The notes under the pieces were generated by a model. It made no database searches, was not told where the DNA came from, and saw only the letters and a program-made list of their open reading frames with translations. Shown here piece after piece: positions 19,831 to 30,921 of a DNA stretch of 64,000 nt. The translations under genes were made by a program, and so were the position numbers. Within the stretch, counting starts at the first letter, position 1. Each line of letters begins with the position of its first letter. This stretch comes from Paenibacillaceae bacterium (GTDB lineage Bacteria > Bacillota > Bacilli > Paenibacillales > CANHGK01), in assembly GCA_947460235.1 (NCBI GenBank), contig CANHGK010000004.1, positions 26,144 to 90,143 of the forward strand, read 5' to 3'.

Positions 19831-22044
19831 TTTCGTTTTTATCTCTCTTGTGTGTAATGCGACACGGGATAATAACTCTGTTTTTGAAAATGGTTTCGTC
19901 ATGAAATCATTCGCTCCAGACTCAAATCCCCTTACCCAATCAGATACCTGATTTTTGTCTGTAATCAAAATAATCGGAATCGACTTAAACCGTTCTGCTT
20001 GCCTTATTTTTTCACAAACGTCATAACCATTCATCCCTGGCATCATCACATCTAACAAAATTAAATCAACCCGTTCAGTAATCTCCAATAATTGCAATGC
20101 TTTTTTTCCATTTTCAGCAAATAACACCTGCCAATTTCGATCAACTAATTGCTCCTGAAGCAACAATCGATTATTCTCTTCATCATCAACAATGAGTGCG
20201 AGTTTAACTGCGTTTGGTAGTGGTCTCGATGTAATATCAATTTCTTTTAAATCATTTGATATCCGATCAACGTTGAATAACGTAAACTTAAATTCACTAC
20301 CTTGGTCAATTTGGCTTTGCACGTGAATTTGTCCACCATGTTGAATCACTAATGACTTTACGATACTTAATCCAAGCCCTGTACCACTATATTTTCGTTT
20401 TTCTGATCCATCCACTTGAACGAATGGCTCAAAGATCCGCTCCAACCATTGACTAGGAATTCCAATTCCAGTATCTTTTACAGCGATTTCAATTTTGCCA
20501 TCGTCACATTCCATTGCATGAACCGTAATTTCACCATGCTCAGTAAATTTTATTGCATTAGAAAGTAAGTTTTGGAAAACTTGCAAAAGCCGATCATAAT
20601 CAGCAATCACATAAAAGGTCTCTTGAAACACCCTTCTGATCGTTATCGCATTTTGCAACACCATCCCCTGCATACTAGTTATCGCTTCATCAACGACTTG
20701 AAGTAAAGATACCGGGCGTTGGTACAATCGATATTCATTTTTATTCCACTTCGACAAATCCAAAATATCATTTACGAGACCATTCAATCGATTTCCACTT
20801 TTGACAATTCGAATTAAGTGATCTCGAACTTTATCTGAAATCTTTTCATTATGATCCTCCAAAATGGACTCTGCAAATCCATTAATGCTATGAAGTGGTG
20901 TGCGTAACTCATGTGAAGTATTTGCTAAAATATGGTCCTTGAGTAGATTCAATCGTGTTAATTCACCATGATTCGTTTGCAATTCATCATATTGTAAAGA
21001 AAGCATTGTGTTTTTTCGATGAATCTCACTCACAGAGGCTTGCAAGGCGATATGCGTCGACCAAAACTTTCGGAACAAAACACCTGCAAGGATTAATAAA
21101 CACACGATCAAACTGACCGCACCTAAATTCAATAATACGTTTTTTTGAATATCCGCAAACAATGTAGTCGTCGATAAAATCCCAACGATTTTCCACCCTG
21201 TATGATGGGAAGTATCAAAAATCAACAATCGTTCCAGGTCCGTCAATTCTAGTACACCGGATGTTTGAATCGGCATTAACATGGGAAACAATTGCCCCAT
21301 TCGGTTCATGTTTTTGGAATATATGATCCGGTTTTGGGCATCCAAAACATATAATTCTCCGTCTTCACCAATCTTTAATTGTTCAAAAATGGACGACAGC
21401 GCCTTGATTTTTATTTCGATGAAAATAGAAAATTCTTTATGGGAATCCGATAAATTCCGCATTGATCTTCCCAATGTGATCAATGGCGTCGTACTAACTA
21501 ATGTACTATTAACTGGACTAAAAATACTTCGTTCCCGTGACGGCAACCAAAGCATATCTCCCTTTTTTTCGACGACGGAGTTCATGATTCGGTTGTTTTC
21601 ATCGGTAAACATAATATAATTGCTGGGTTTTGAAACGATCGTGGCCATATTCCGGTCAAATAAAGCGTGCCCGTTTAAGCCTTGAACATTACGCATCACA
21701 ACACGTTCCGTGAATGAATTCGAACTTTTTGAAGACGTCAGTAAATCTCCAATTTGATTCATCGCATCTGTCGCTTGTAAGGTGGTCGATTTCGGATCGT
21801 AGATGATGTCGATCATCCGCCGAATTAGTGGATTAAGTATAATACTATTGGACATCTGTTCATAGGAACTTAAGAGTGAATCTACATTCTGTGCCGCTTG
21901 TCCAATCGTTTCAGACGTAGAAAGCGTGACTCTCGATTTAATCGATTGCCGTGCTTGTACATAGGAAAAAATCGTATTTACAAGCAATAAAACGACGATA
22001 AGTATAAACAAACTAAAAAACAAGATGATTTTACGATTTCCCAT
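19828..22044 (-). CDS. hybrid sensor histidine kinase (sensor-TM-HisKA-HATPase-REC)
   Basis: NTSHELRTPLHS, SGTGLGLSIV, LIVDDEENN...LLDVMMPGMNG...FMTKPF. Confidence 0.9.
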   Translation of the reverse strand: MGNRKIILFFSLFILIVVLLLVNTIFSYVQARQSIKSRVTLSTSETIGQAAQNVDSLLSSYEQMSNSIILNPLIRRMIDIIYDPKSTTLQATDAMNQIGDLLTSSKSSNSFTERVVMRNVQGLNGHALFDRNMATIVSKPSNYIMFTDENNRIMNSVVEKKGDMLWLPSRERSIFSPVNSTLVSTTPLITLGRSMRNLSDSHKEFSIFIEIKIKALSSIFEQLKIGEDGELYVLDAQNRIIYSKNMNRMGQLFPMLMPIQTSGVLELTDLERLLIFDTSHHTGWKIVGILSTTTLFADIQKNVLLNLGAVSLIVCLLILAGVLFRKFWSTHIALQASVSEIHRKNTMLSLQYDELQTNHGELTRLNLLKDHILANTSHELRTPLHSINGFAESILEDHNEKISDKVRDHLIRIVKSGNRLNGLVNDILDLSKWNKNEYRLYQRPVSLLQVVDEAITSMQGMVLQNAITIRRVFQETFYVIADYDRLLQVFQNLLSNAIKFTEHGEITVHAMECDDGKIEIAVKDTGIGIPSQWLERIFEPFVQVDGSEKRKYSGTGLGLSIVKSLVIQHGGQIHVQSQIDQGSEFKFTLFNVDRISNDLKEIDITSRPLPNAVKLALIVDDEENNRLLLQEQLVDRNWQVLFAENGKKALQLLEITERVDLILLDVMMPGMNGYDVCEKIRQAERFKSIPIILITDKNQVSDWVRGFESGANDFMTKPFSKTELLSRVALHTREIKTK

Positions 22045-22122
22045 TCACGATACCTACTTAACATGATTTACCTATTTTTGATGGTATCATAATCGATTCA
22101 TTTCCTCTATCATTTTTGCCCA

Positions 22123-22163
22123 TAAAAAAACGAGGATAACCGACACCTTCGGTTACTCCTCGT
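22123..22163 (-). terminator. terminator downstream of amylase 1
   Basis: cgaggataaccga...tcggttactcctcg hairpin flanked by an A-run and a T-run. Confidence 0.65.
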
Positions 22164-22182
22164 TTTTACATTTTATCTCTTA

Positions 22183-25100
22183 TTATTTCAAGAATGGACC
22201 TGCTGCACCAATTTTCCCTGGCGCTGGATTACCTGGTAATTCAAGAACATATGCGCGCATATTCCCTTTGCCACTGCATTTGGCACTTAACGTCCCACCA
22301 GATACGTTTTGTTTGTCCCCTGTGACCGCATCTACGTAAGTTCCATTCGGAATTCCGCTAAACGTTGCATCGCCAGATACGGTTACCAAAACAAAGCTAT
22401 CAACTGAACCCTCGGTGAAGCGACGTTTGTATGCAATCCCGCCTTGAACACCTTCAGTTGAATATTGACCTTTTTGAAGTGCTGGAATCGCACGACGAAT
22501 CTGATTCAATCGTTGCAAATGTTTGATCAACGGTTTGTTCATCGTTTCTGCAACTTTTCCGTCTGCAGATGCTGTCACTCCAAAATCTGCCGCCTTAATA
22601 TTTCCTTTAATTTCATCGCCATAATACGCACGTCCTGTTGTTGCAAGCGGACACGTAGGTCCACAGTCAATTTGTTTTCCAGCTTGGAACTCAATTTCCG
22701 AACCATAATACAACGTCGGAATGCCGCGGAATGTCCACATCAAACTCATATTTTCAGCCCATGCATCAGTACCACCGGAATAACGGAAAGATGATTTATT
22801 CGGACCAAAGTCATGTGAATCCACATACACCATATTGTAGGTTGCATCGTTTGTTACATCATCGCTATCTTTACCGTTATAGTACGCATTCCCTGCATCT
22901 GAGAAATTCATATGCATCCGCATATCAATGATGTTCATCCCTGAGAACTTACTATAATCCGGTTTATGATAAGCATTTCCTTTTAAGAACGCATTATCTG
23001 AAGTCGGTTGACTTCCCGTTCCCTGATTATTCTCCCACTGATACATTTCAAGTGCAGCTTTCGCTAAATCGCTACTATATTCTTTACGTTCTTTCCACGT
23101 ATAAAATTGCGGGGATTGGTTCGAGGAACCACGGTTCCATTTATCATTCACGAACGCAGCTACTTCGCCAACAATATAGAAATCCTTCCCTTTTTCGCCC
23201 CATTTCTTCTCTGCATAATTAAGCAATTCAGGCAAAAACACTTTATTAAAGGTTGTGCGTGGAATGTGAACTGCAGTATCTACACGGAACCCGTCAACAC
23301 CCATATCAATATATTTCTCGTATGCACCCAAAAGATATTTCTGAACGGTTTCGTTTTCTGTGTTTAAGTCTGCCAAATCCTCATGAATCCAACAAGAACG
23401 TGCATCTTCACCTTCCCAGTTTCCGATCCAACATTGATGGAATAATTCTACTGGGAACATGCCAGTTGTAGGGTTAGGCCACTGACATTCATAAATGATT
23501 CCGCCCTCTTTGCTACGGTATTTCGTTGGTTTACCCCAGTTTTTACACGTGTTTCCTGAAGGTTCATCCGTAGACCATAAGTCACCATTATAATACGATT
23601 TCCCTGAGTTCGGCTCAACACTCAATCCGTCATAAACGAAGTCTGGATTTGTTTGATCATAATACCAGCTCCAGTCTTTATCACGAATACCAAACGCCTT
23701 AAACTGATATAAACCAACCAATCCCCATTTGGAGGTATGATTTAAAACAATATCTTGAATAATTTTGATTCCTTTTTTGTGTGCATCGTTAATTAGATCT
23801 TGATATGTTGCGCCCGGCGATTCCAACCTTGCATCGACACGGTAAAAATCGTATCCATGATAACCGTGATAATCATAATCCGAACGATTTAATACAACTG
23901 GCGTAATCCAAATCGCTGAAAATCCCATAGCCTTAATATAATCTAATTTATCAATTAAACCTTTGAAGTCCCCGCGGAACATTGGATCATTATTCGCTTT
24001 ATTTCCTGCTTTTTCATCGAATTGACCTCCGCGATTATTACTGGAATCCCCGTCATCGAACCGAGCAGTCATTACGAAATAAATCGATTCATCACGCATA
24101 TCTCCGCCAAGTGGTTCGCTTGCTTTGACAACCCCTACAGGAGTCTTAGGCGTTGGTTTGAATGTGACGACAGGTGTATTTGTTGCTGTTGGTTCAGGTG
24201 TAGCAGTCACCACAATTGGTTTCGATGTTGGCGTCGGTTTAACCGTTGGTGTTGACGTCGTGATTGGCGTCTCCGTTACCGAAGGTTCCTCGGTTACATA
24301 AACTGGATCAGGCGTTGCAGTCGGACGAACTGGTGTTGCAATTGGTTTCGTCACAAGTCCATTTAAGATATCTTCCAAAGAAGGCTTCTTCACGCGAATT
24401 ACCTTCATATTCGTTTGATCCACTGGTACAAAAGCAACACTTGCCGTTGAAATTGGTTTTTTTGTCGGCTTAACAATTGGCTTCGGCGTTGCTTTGAAAT
24501 AAGGTTTGGAAGTGAACTTCGAATTTGGTTTAATAATCGTTACTTTCTTAATCACGACAGGTGTAGCGGTTACAATTGGTTTTTTTGTTTGTTGCAGCTT
24601 CGTAGTCGGGCGAACCGAAGGGAATGGAAATGGTTTTTTTAATGGAACTGGTGTTGCCGTAACAATGGGTGCTGGTTTCTTAACGACTTTCGGTGTCGGA
24701 GTAATTGTAGGTTCTTCCTTAGTTACATCCGGCACATCGGTCGTCTGTATGTCCGGTTGGTCAATCGGTTTAATGTTCACGGTAGTACTTATACCGTCAG
24801 GTGCACCAATTTTTAATTGGGATTCTGCAATTGTAACTGCTTGTGCAGGCAGATCAACTTTGTAGTTTTTACCGCCCATACTATCCCAATGATTATTTCC
24901 ATCATTGAACGTAATTTCTAATGTCCCGGAATCAGGCGCATCCGCTATGACATATTGAAACCATCCACTTTGAGATGTCGTTTGCATAGATTGGCCAGGA
25001 AGAGTCGTCCATTTGCCGTTGATTCCATAATGCACATACGGCGTACCTGATAAACCAGATTGATAATAGATGGTCGTCCCAGAACCCGCGAAAGCGCTTA

Positions 25101-25191
25101 CGCGAATGCCTACAAAAGTAAGCACATCTTGCGCTAAAAATAATACCATCGTAAAACAAAGTACCCATACATGAAAACGTTTGTTATTCAA
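22183..25191 (-). CDS. secreted GH13 alpha-amylase family enzyme with an N-terminal CBM25-like module and a long P/T/K-rich linker
   Basis: Likely TTG start at 25191, 10 nt after AGGAG, then a signal peptide. CBM-like TIYYQSG...YVHYGINGKWTTLPG...FNDGNNHWDSMGGKNY. GH13 regions DIVLNHTS, GVDGFRVDTAVH, IVGEV, VYVDSHD. Confidence 0.9.
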   Translation of the reverse strand: MNNKRFHVWVLCFTMVLFLAQDVLTFVGIRVSAFAGSGTTIYYQSGLSGTPYVHYGINGKWTTLPGQSMQTTSQSGWFQYVIADAPDSGTLEITFNDGNNHWDSMGGKNYKVDLPAQAVTIAESQLKIGAPDGISTTVNIKPIDQPDIQTTDVPDVTKEEPTITPTPKVVKKPAPIVTATPVPLKKPFPFPSVRPTTKLQQTKKPIVTATPVVIKKVTIIKPNSKFTSKPYFKATPKPIVKPTKKPISTASVAFVPVDQTNMKVIRVKKPSLEDILNGLVTKPIATPVRPTATPDPVYVTEEPSVTETPITTSTPTVKPTPTSKPIVVTATPEPTATNTPVVTFKPTPKTPVGVVKASEPLGGDMRDESIYFVMTARFDDGDSSNNRGGQFDEKAGNKANNDPMFRGDFKGLIDKLDYIKAMGFSAIWITPVVLNRSDYDYHGYHGYDFYRVDARLESPGATYQDLINDAHKKGIKIIQDIVLNHTSKWGLVGLYQFKAFGIRDKDWSWYYDQTNPDFVYDGLSVEPNSGKSYYNGDLWSTDEPSGNTCKNWGKPTKYRSKEGGIIYECQWPNPTTGMFPVELFHQCWIGNWEGEDARSCWIHEDLADLNTENETVQKYLLGAYEKYIDMGVDGFRVDTAVHIPRTTFNKVFLPELLNYAEKKWGEKGKDFYIVGEVAAFVNDKWNRGSSNQSPQFYTWKERKEYSSDLAKAALEMYQWENNQGTGSQPTSDNAFLKGNAYHKPDYSKFSGMNIIDMRMHMNFSDAGNAYYNGKDSDDVTNDATYNMVYVDSHDFGPNKSSFRYSGGTDAWAENMSLMWTFRGIPTLYYGSEIEFQAGKQIDCGPTCPLATTGRAYYGDEIKGNIKAADFGVTASADGKVAETMNKPLIKHLQRLNQIRRAIPALQKGQYSTEGVQGGIAYKRRFTEGSVDSFVLVTVSGDATFSGIPNGTYVDAVTGDKQNVSGGTLSAKCSGKGNMRAYVLELPGNPAPGKIGAAGPFLK

Positions 25192-25403
25192 TTCGACACA
25201 ACTCCTAATTAGTTTAAGAAAGCGTTTACACAACTAAGCATACCGAATCTCGAACGCCAATGCAAACCTTTTCTCATCTTTTTTAAGCACAAAATTTTAT
25301 GGCAACAAAAAAATAACCCTTTTGAGTAAACAACGATTGTCACCATAAAATTCTAGACATAATCGATCGTTTTCCCGAAGGGTTATTTTATTTTTTAAGT
25401 TAA

Positions 25404-28148
25404 TTATTTCAAGAACGGATCGTCTCCACCAATTTTTCCTGGAGCAGGATTGCCTGGTAAATCCAATACATACACACGCAAATTCGCTTTGCCATTGCAT
25501 TTTGCACTTAACGTTCCATTGGTTACTTCCTTCGTATCCCCAGTTACCGCATCAATATATGTTCCGTTTGGAATGTTTTTGAAGGTCGCATCCCCAGAAA
25601 TCGTCACCAATGCAAAACTATCTGTTTTGCCTTCCGTAAATCTGCGTTTGAACGACATATATCCGTCAATATCGCTCGTGGAATATTGCCCTTTTTGCAA
25701 TGCAGGAATGGCACGGCGAATCAAATTTAAGCGAATCAAATGTTTTGACAATGGAGATGCAAGTGTTTTGGCAACTTCTCCATCTGCAGTAAATGTACCG
25801 AAATCCGTCGCCTTCACATTACCCTGCAAGTGATCGCCAAAATATGCGCGCCCGGTTTGTTCTAAAGGTTTATTTGGACCAACGTCGACAGGATATTTAT
25901 CCCCTGGTTTAAACTCAATTTCACTACCATAGAATAATGTCGGTATGCCGCGGAACGTCCACATCATACTCATATTTTCAGCCCAAGCATCCATTCCACC
26001 ACTAAATCGGCCATTCGATTTATTTGGACCATAATCATGGGAATCCACATAGACAACATTCCATGTTGAATCATTGTAGTAGAGATCATCATTATGTTTG
26101 TTAAATGCGTTGCCTGCCTCACTAAAGTTCATATGCATCAACATGTCGATGACCGATAATCCTGAGTATTTACTGTAGTCAGGTTTATGATATTCATTTG
26201 CTTTTAAGAATGCATTATCACTCGTCGGTTGGTTTGATGTACCAAGTCCACTTTCATAAATAAATGCATCGTGCGCAGCAACAGTATCATCATCGCTAAA
26301 TTGTTTGCGTTCTTTCCACGTATAAAATGGTGCGGACAATGGCGCAACACCTTTATTCCATATTTCATGTACAAACGTCCCTGCTTCTCCAAACATAAAG
26401 AAGTCATCGCCACCTTCTTTTTTGAAGGCCGGCAAAAACGCTCGATTGAATGTATTTCGGCTAATATGCTTCACGGTATCAATCCGGAAGCCATCAACGC
26501 CAATATCAATCATTTTGTTGTACGCATTAATTAAATAATTTTGGACATCTTTATTTTCGGTATTCAAATCCGGACAATCCCATGTTAGCGAATTCCATTG
26601 TTCTTGCTCCGATTCCCAGCTATTAATATACCCCGCTTTATGATAATACGGGCTTTGCGCAAGTGATTCTGGACCACCGGTATCGGATGTAAACAATCCA
26701 ACAGCGCCATACGGTGAAGAGTGATTCAAAACGATATCTTGTGCGATTTTCAATCCTTTTTCATGGGCAGCTTTTACAAGATCGGCATATGTTGCGCCAG
26801 GTGACTCTAAGCGATGATCAATTTTATTGAAATCATAAATATGATATCCATGGTAGTCATATGCGCTTTTATTTTGCAATACTGGTGTCAACCAAATCGC
26901 CGTGAATCCAAGTGCCTTAATGTAATCTAACTTGTCAATTAATCCCTTGAAATCTCCCCGGAACATCGGATCATTATTTGCAGCATTCCCGGATTTTTCG
27001 TTTAATGGTCCGCCGTCATTATTCGAAGGATCTCCATCATTGAATCTGGCCGTTAAAATGAAATAAATCGTCTCTTCTCTAAAATCCCCGCCAAGTTTTT
27101 GATTAACCACTGCTGGTGGTCTCGTCGGCATGACGAACGCTACTTGATTCACAACTTTTTTCGGTGTTGCGGTTGGGCCTGCAGTTGGTGTTGCGGTTGG
27201 AACAATCGTAATCTTAGGAGTCCCTGTCGGAACGGGACTTGGTGTCGGTGTCGGTCTCGGTGTAATCATAAGCGCCGGTGGATCGGTTGGTGTCGGTTCC
27301 GTTGTCGGCTCTGGTGTCGACTCATTCGTCAATACTGGTTCTGGCGTCGGTGTATGAACGACAATCTTTGGTGTTGCGAATTGTAATGGTTTTCGAGTCG
27401 GTAATTTCACTTTTAATGAAGACTGATCAACTGGTACAAACACAACAATATCAATTGGTTGTTTGGTCTGTATTGGTTTGGGCGTTGTTTTTAATGGCTT
27501 TTTTATGGTCACTTTTGCGATTGGTTTATGCGTAATTTTTGGCGTTGGTTTCACAGTTTGTTTCACTGTTGGTTTCACAGTTTGTTTCACTGTTGGTTTT
27601 GGGATTGGTCTTGGACTTGGTCTTGGTCTTGGTGTAGCCGTTTTAAGTACAATCGGCTTTTTTGTTGGTGTTACAATGGGTTTCTTTGTTGGTGTTGGTT
27701 CTTCAAGTTGTTCGATTGGAGTTTCTGTGGGTTGTTCCGCCGGCGAAGTCACAGATATGTTCGGTGCTCCCGTTCGAACCAAGTGATCTTGAACAGTAAT
27801 TGCCGAGGTGCTCAAATCACTTGTATAGTTTTTGCCTTCTAAACTATCCCAATTGTTATTACCATCGTTAAATGCCATTTGAATATTTTTTGTAGCGTCA
27901 CTGTCTTCCAATGTGAATTCAAACCATTTTTCTCCAATGTTGGATTGCTTCATTTGAACGCCTGGAAGATTTGTCCAACTCCCATTCATTGCATAATGCA
28001 AAAATGGTGGACTCGAAAAAGCGGAGAGGTAGTAGATTGTAACTGAATTTGCGGCAATTACAGGAAATGCACTAAAACAATTCATAACAAATAACAAGAC
28101 GGATAATACGATGGTAAATCCTTTACTTTTCTTCTCGATACGATTCAA
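25404..28148 (-). CDS. secreted GH13 alpha-amylase family enzyme, tandem paralogue of 22183..25191
   Basis: TTG start 9 nt after AGGAG, then a signal peptide. CBM-like VTIYYLSAF...FLHYAMNGSWTNLPG...FNDGNNNWDSLEGKNY. GH13 regions DIVLNHSS, GVDGFRIDTVKH, MFGEA, VYVDSHD. Confidence 0.9.
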   Translation of the reverse strand: MNRIEKKSKGFTIVLSVLLFVMNCFSAFPVIAANSVTIYYLSAFSSPPFLHYAMNGSWTNLPGVQMKQSNIGEKWFEFTLEDSDATKNIQMAFNDGNNNWDSLEGKNYTSDLSTSAITVQDHLVRTGAPNISVTSPAEQPTETPIEQLEEPTPTKKPIVTPTKKPIVLKTATPRPRPSPRPIPKPTVKQTVKPTVKQTVKPTPKITHKPIAKVTIKKPLKTTPKPIQTKQPIDIVVFVPVDQSSLKVKLPTRKPLQFATPKIVVHTPTPEPVLTNESTPEPTTEPTPTDPPALMITPRPTPTPSPVPTGTPKITIVPTATPTAGPTATPKKVVNQVAFVMPTRPPAVVNQKLGGDFREETIYFILTARFNDGDPSNNDGGPLNEKSGNAANNDPMFRGDFKGLIDKLDYIKALGFTAIWLTPVLQNKSAYDYHGYHIYDFNKIDHRLESPGATYADLVKAAHEKGLKIAQDIVLNHSSPYGAVGLFTSDTGGPESLAQSPYYHKAGYINSWESEQEQWNSLTWDCPDLNTENKDVQNYLINAYNKMIDIGVDGFRIDTVKHISRNTFNRAFLPAFKKEGGDDFFMFGEAGTFVHEIWNKGVAPLSAPFYTWKERKQFSDDDTVAAHDAFIYESGLGTSNQPTSDNAFLKANEYHKPDYSKYSGLSVIDMLMHMNFSEAGNAFNKHNDDLYYNDSTWNVVYVDSHDYGPNKSNGRFSGGMDAWAENMSMMWTFRGIPTLFYGSEIEFKPGDKYPVDVGPNKPLEQTGRAYFGDHLQGNVKATDFGTFTADGEVAKTLASPLSKHLIRLNLIRRAIPALQKGQYSTSDIDGYMSFKRRFTEGKTDSFALVTISGDATFKNIPNGTYIDAVTGDTKEVTNGTLSAKCNGKANLRVYVLDLPGNPAPGKIGGDDPFLK

Positions 28149-28298
28149 AACAAGTCACTCCTAACATTTATGAAAGCGATTTCACAAATGATAATATAAC
28201 AAATTTGTTGAAATAGCAAAAAAATTATGGAAAGGACTTTTGAATTGTCGTAATCTATTAAATGATACTTTAATTTACAAATTAGGAGATGATTCCGT

Positions 28299-29669
28299 GT
28301 GAATGAACGCGAACTCTTTTTTGGAACATTGAGTTTAATGGACATTTTCGATACCATTTTAACCTCATTCCCCGAAGGATTTCTTATTTTTTTTATTGGA
28401 TTAGCTTTTTTTAACGAAAGTATTAAGCAGTGGTGGCATCGCGGCGTTTTCGCAGGCGCGTTCTATTGCATCGGGATGCACTTGGTTTATTATTACGAAT
28501 TGCGCGTTGACCTGAAATTTTTAGCACTATATATGATTCAATTATTAATATTCAAACCATTATGGGAAAAATCATGGCTCAAAACGTTCGGCATGGTCTC
28601 GATGGCCTATACGTTCTCACTTGTCGGGTACTTGATCATGTTTGTCACGCTAAATTTTTTCGGAATTACTGCATTTGATTTTTTTACAGACCACACATAC
28701 ACCTATCCAGGAATGGCATTATACTTACTTTTTTTACTAGCAAGTGCTTTGACCTTGAATTTTTTCAAATTCAACATTACAGAAGTTTTTCCAAAAATCA
28801 TGAATATGCGCACCATGTACACGTTAGCAATTGTTGCCTGTGTTGAATTGTATTCACTTAGTTTACTTGGACTATCTTATTATTTGGATCAACTGGACCC
28901 GAACAACACCGGTTTGTTTACCGAGTCCAACCGTCCGATTCTCCCGGTTATCGCATTTGCAGCGTTTATCGTTGGGATATTTGCTTTCCGAAGATATTTG
29001 TGGTCGACCGTTGACCACGTTGAACAAGAAGCGAGTCATTCCTACGGATCACACATTCAAGATTTGCTTACTTCGATGAGTTCCATCCGACACGATGTGA
29101 TTAATCATATGACTGTGATTGAAGGTTTACTCAAAAAAGATATGCACGACAAAGCATTGCAATACCTACAAACATTAAATCGCGAACATGCAGAAGTCAT
29201 TGAGCAAATTGATGGCATCAATGACACGTCGATTTCATCACTGATCGCATCCAAAGCGCAAACCTGTCAACGCTTTGGCATTCCAGTGATCACACGTATA
29301 CAGACATCCAAACAATTTAGTTTTGTCGATTCCGTTGACTTAGTACGAATCCTCGGTAATTTATTAGACAATGCAATTGCCGCAACAAATAAACGTTTAT
29401 CAGATGAACGATATATTCATATCACATGGACAGATCGCACCCTATCCATCGAAAACACTGGTCCGATTTTGACAGAAGATTTTATTAGCAAAATGTTTTC
29501 CCTAGGAGTCAGTACAAAAGGGAAAAACGGAGGTAGCGGTTTAGCCATTGTTCGAAAAACCGTGCGCAAATACGGCGGGGATATTGAAGTAAGTTCCCAT
29601 CAAGGTGTGACCAAATTTATGATTATGTTTCCTGAACTAGGGATTTACAACAATCATGCCGCTTCATAA
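28299..29669 (+). CDS. orphan multi-TM GHKL sensor histidine kinase (Spo0B-type H-box helix)
   Basis: GTG 28299 lies 8 nt after AGGAGA. About 6-7 TM helices. H-box SIRHDVINHMTVIEGLL. N-box LGNLLDNAIAA. G-box GGSGLAIV. No adjacent response regulator. Confidence 0.8.
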   Translation: MNERELFFGTLSLMDIFDTILTSFPEGFLIFFIGLAFFNESIKQWWHRGVFAGAFYCIGMHLVYYYELRVDLKFLALYMIQLLIFKPLWEKSWLKTFGMVSMAYTFSLVGYLIMFVTLNFFGITAFDFFTDHTYTYPGMALYLLFLLASALTLNFFKFNITEVFPKIMNMRTMYTLAIVACVELYSLSLLGLSYYLDQLDPNNTGLFTESNRPILPVIAFAAFIVGIFAFRRYLWSTVDHVEQEASHSYGSHIQDLLTSMSSIRHDVINHMTVIEGLLKKDMHDKALQYLQTLNREHAEVIEQIDGINDTSISSLIASKAQTCQRFGIPVITRIQTSKQFSFVDSVDLVRILGNLLDNAIAATNKRLSDERYIHITWTDRTLSIENTGPILTEDFISKMFSLGVSTKGKNGGSGLAIVRKTVRKYGGDIEVSSHQGVTKFMIMFPELGIYNNHAAS

Positions 29670-29727
29670 ATCAAAACGCCCGCTACCCGTTAAACGGATC
29701 ACGTTTAACGAAGTAACAGGCGTTTTT

Positions 29728-30750
29728 TTATGGCGTTTTTATCTCTTTACGAACATTATATTTGTAATTCCGTTCTGGCACTTCAAACCCGCACGATGTA
29801 CCATCTTTATGCACAACTTCGTCTTCCCAAGGCAATCGGTAGTTCCCATTAACCATGTCGGTCATATACGTATATGGACAATCCATCGCCCCGCCTTTGA
29901 CCGCTACATATGCACGATGTCCAAACTGATAAATATTATTTTCAACGCCCCAATTACGGCGTGCCTCACGAACCAAATCGGGCCGAATTTCCCCTGTAAT
30001 GATCTCATTTGGTCTTCCAGATCCAGTAACCATAGGTGTCCCGTCAAAATTCACAATCATACCTTCACCCATTGAATCAAACATTCCGTCACTACCACAC
30101 ATGCATACTGAAGCGGTGTATACCAAATTACAAAATGCATTGGCTTGATTCGTAATTTTCCATGCATGACGAATTGGCGCTGTATATCCTGCCGTGCGAA
30201 TCACAACGTCCGCACCTTTGTAGGTTGCTTCACGATACATTTCTGGAAACATCCCGTCATGACAAATGATCAATGCAAGTTTACTTCCATTAGGACCATC
30301 ACAAACAGGAATACCCAAATCCCCAGGCTCCCAAGGTTCTACCGGTACCCACGGATGCATTTTGCGGTAATATAATTTTAACGCTCCCTTATTGTCAAAA
30401 ATGATTCCAACATTATACGGGTTTCCCTCAGGATTGTATTCCATGATGGAAAAACATCCCCAAATATCATTTTCAATACACGCATTTCGAAATGCGGACA
30501 CTTCAGGTCCGTCCATTCGCGACAATACTTCTGGGCGTGTGTCCATCGATAATCCTTGGAGCGCATATTCTGGGAAAATTACGAGGTCCATCGATGGCAT
30601 GTTCAAACGGGCCTTGCGAACCATTTTACAAATTTCCATGGTTTGTCGTCTAACATCTTCCGCTGTTTCAATGATTGGCAACTGCAGTTGTACGAGACCA
30701 AGTACAACACCACCTGGAGACTTATTTAATCCGCCTAATCCACTCATCAT
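29728..30750 (-). CDS. amiF: formamidase / aliphatic amidase (nitrilase superfamily)
   Basis: 340 aa. Long colinear matches to H. pylori AmiF as recalled (GDLGIPVCDGPNGSKLALIICHDGMFPE; NNIYQFGHRAYVA; YRLPWED), including the catalytic Cys context. Confidence 0.8.
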   Translation of the reverse strand: MMSGLGGLNKSPGGVVLGLVQLQLPIIETAEDVRRQTMEICKMVRKARLNMPSMDLVIFPEYALQGLSMDTRPEVLSRMDGPEVSAFRNACIENDIWGCFSIMEYNPEGNPYNVGIIFDNKGALKLYYRKMHPWVPVEPWEPGDLGIPVCDGPNGSKLALIICHDGMFPEMYREATYKGADVVIRTAGYTAPIRHAWKITNQANAFCNLVYTASVCMCGSDGMFDSMGEGMIVNFDGTPMVTGSGRPNEIITGEIRPDLVREARRNWGVENNIYQFGHRAYVAVKGGAMDCPYTYMTDMVNGNYRLPWEDEVVHKDGTSCGFEVPERNYKYNVRKEIKTP

Positions 30751-30921
30751 CAGACACCTCCAAACGTTTCTTATTCTTTATTTTATTCAGATGATTAACT
30801 TTTTTCATTGTTCAGCATCACAAAACAGAGTGAGACAATTTGTGTGACTAAACAAACCAATAAAATGAAGGAAAATTATACATACTTGTTGAACAAATAG
30901 AGAAGATTCTTCATTATTATA

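Noticed and set aside
24022-27842. Several plus-strand ORFs rich in Cys, Trp, Arg or Gly/Val (24022..24255, 24506..24865, 27099..27386, 27463..27786, 27528..27842).
   Set aside because: These are antisense translations of the P/T/K-rich amylase linkers. They have no RBS and are nested in strong minus-strand genes.
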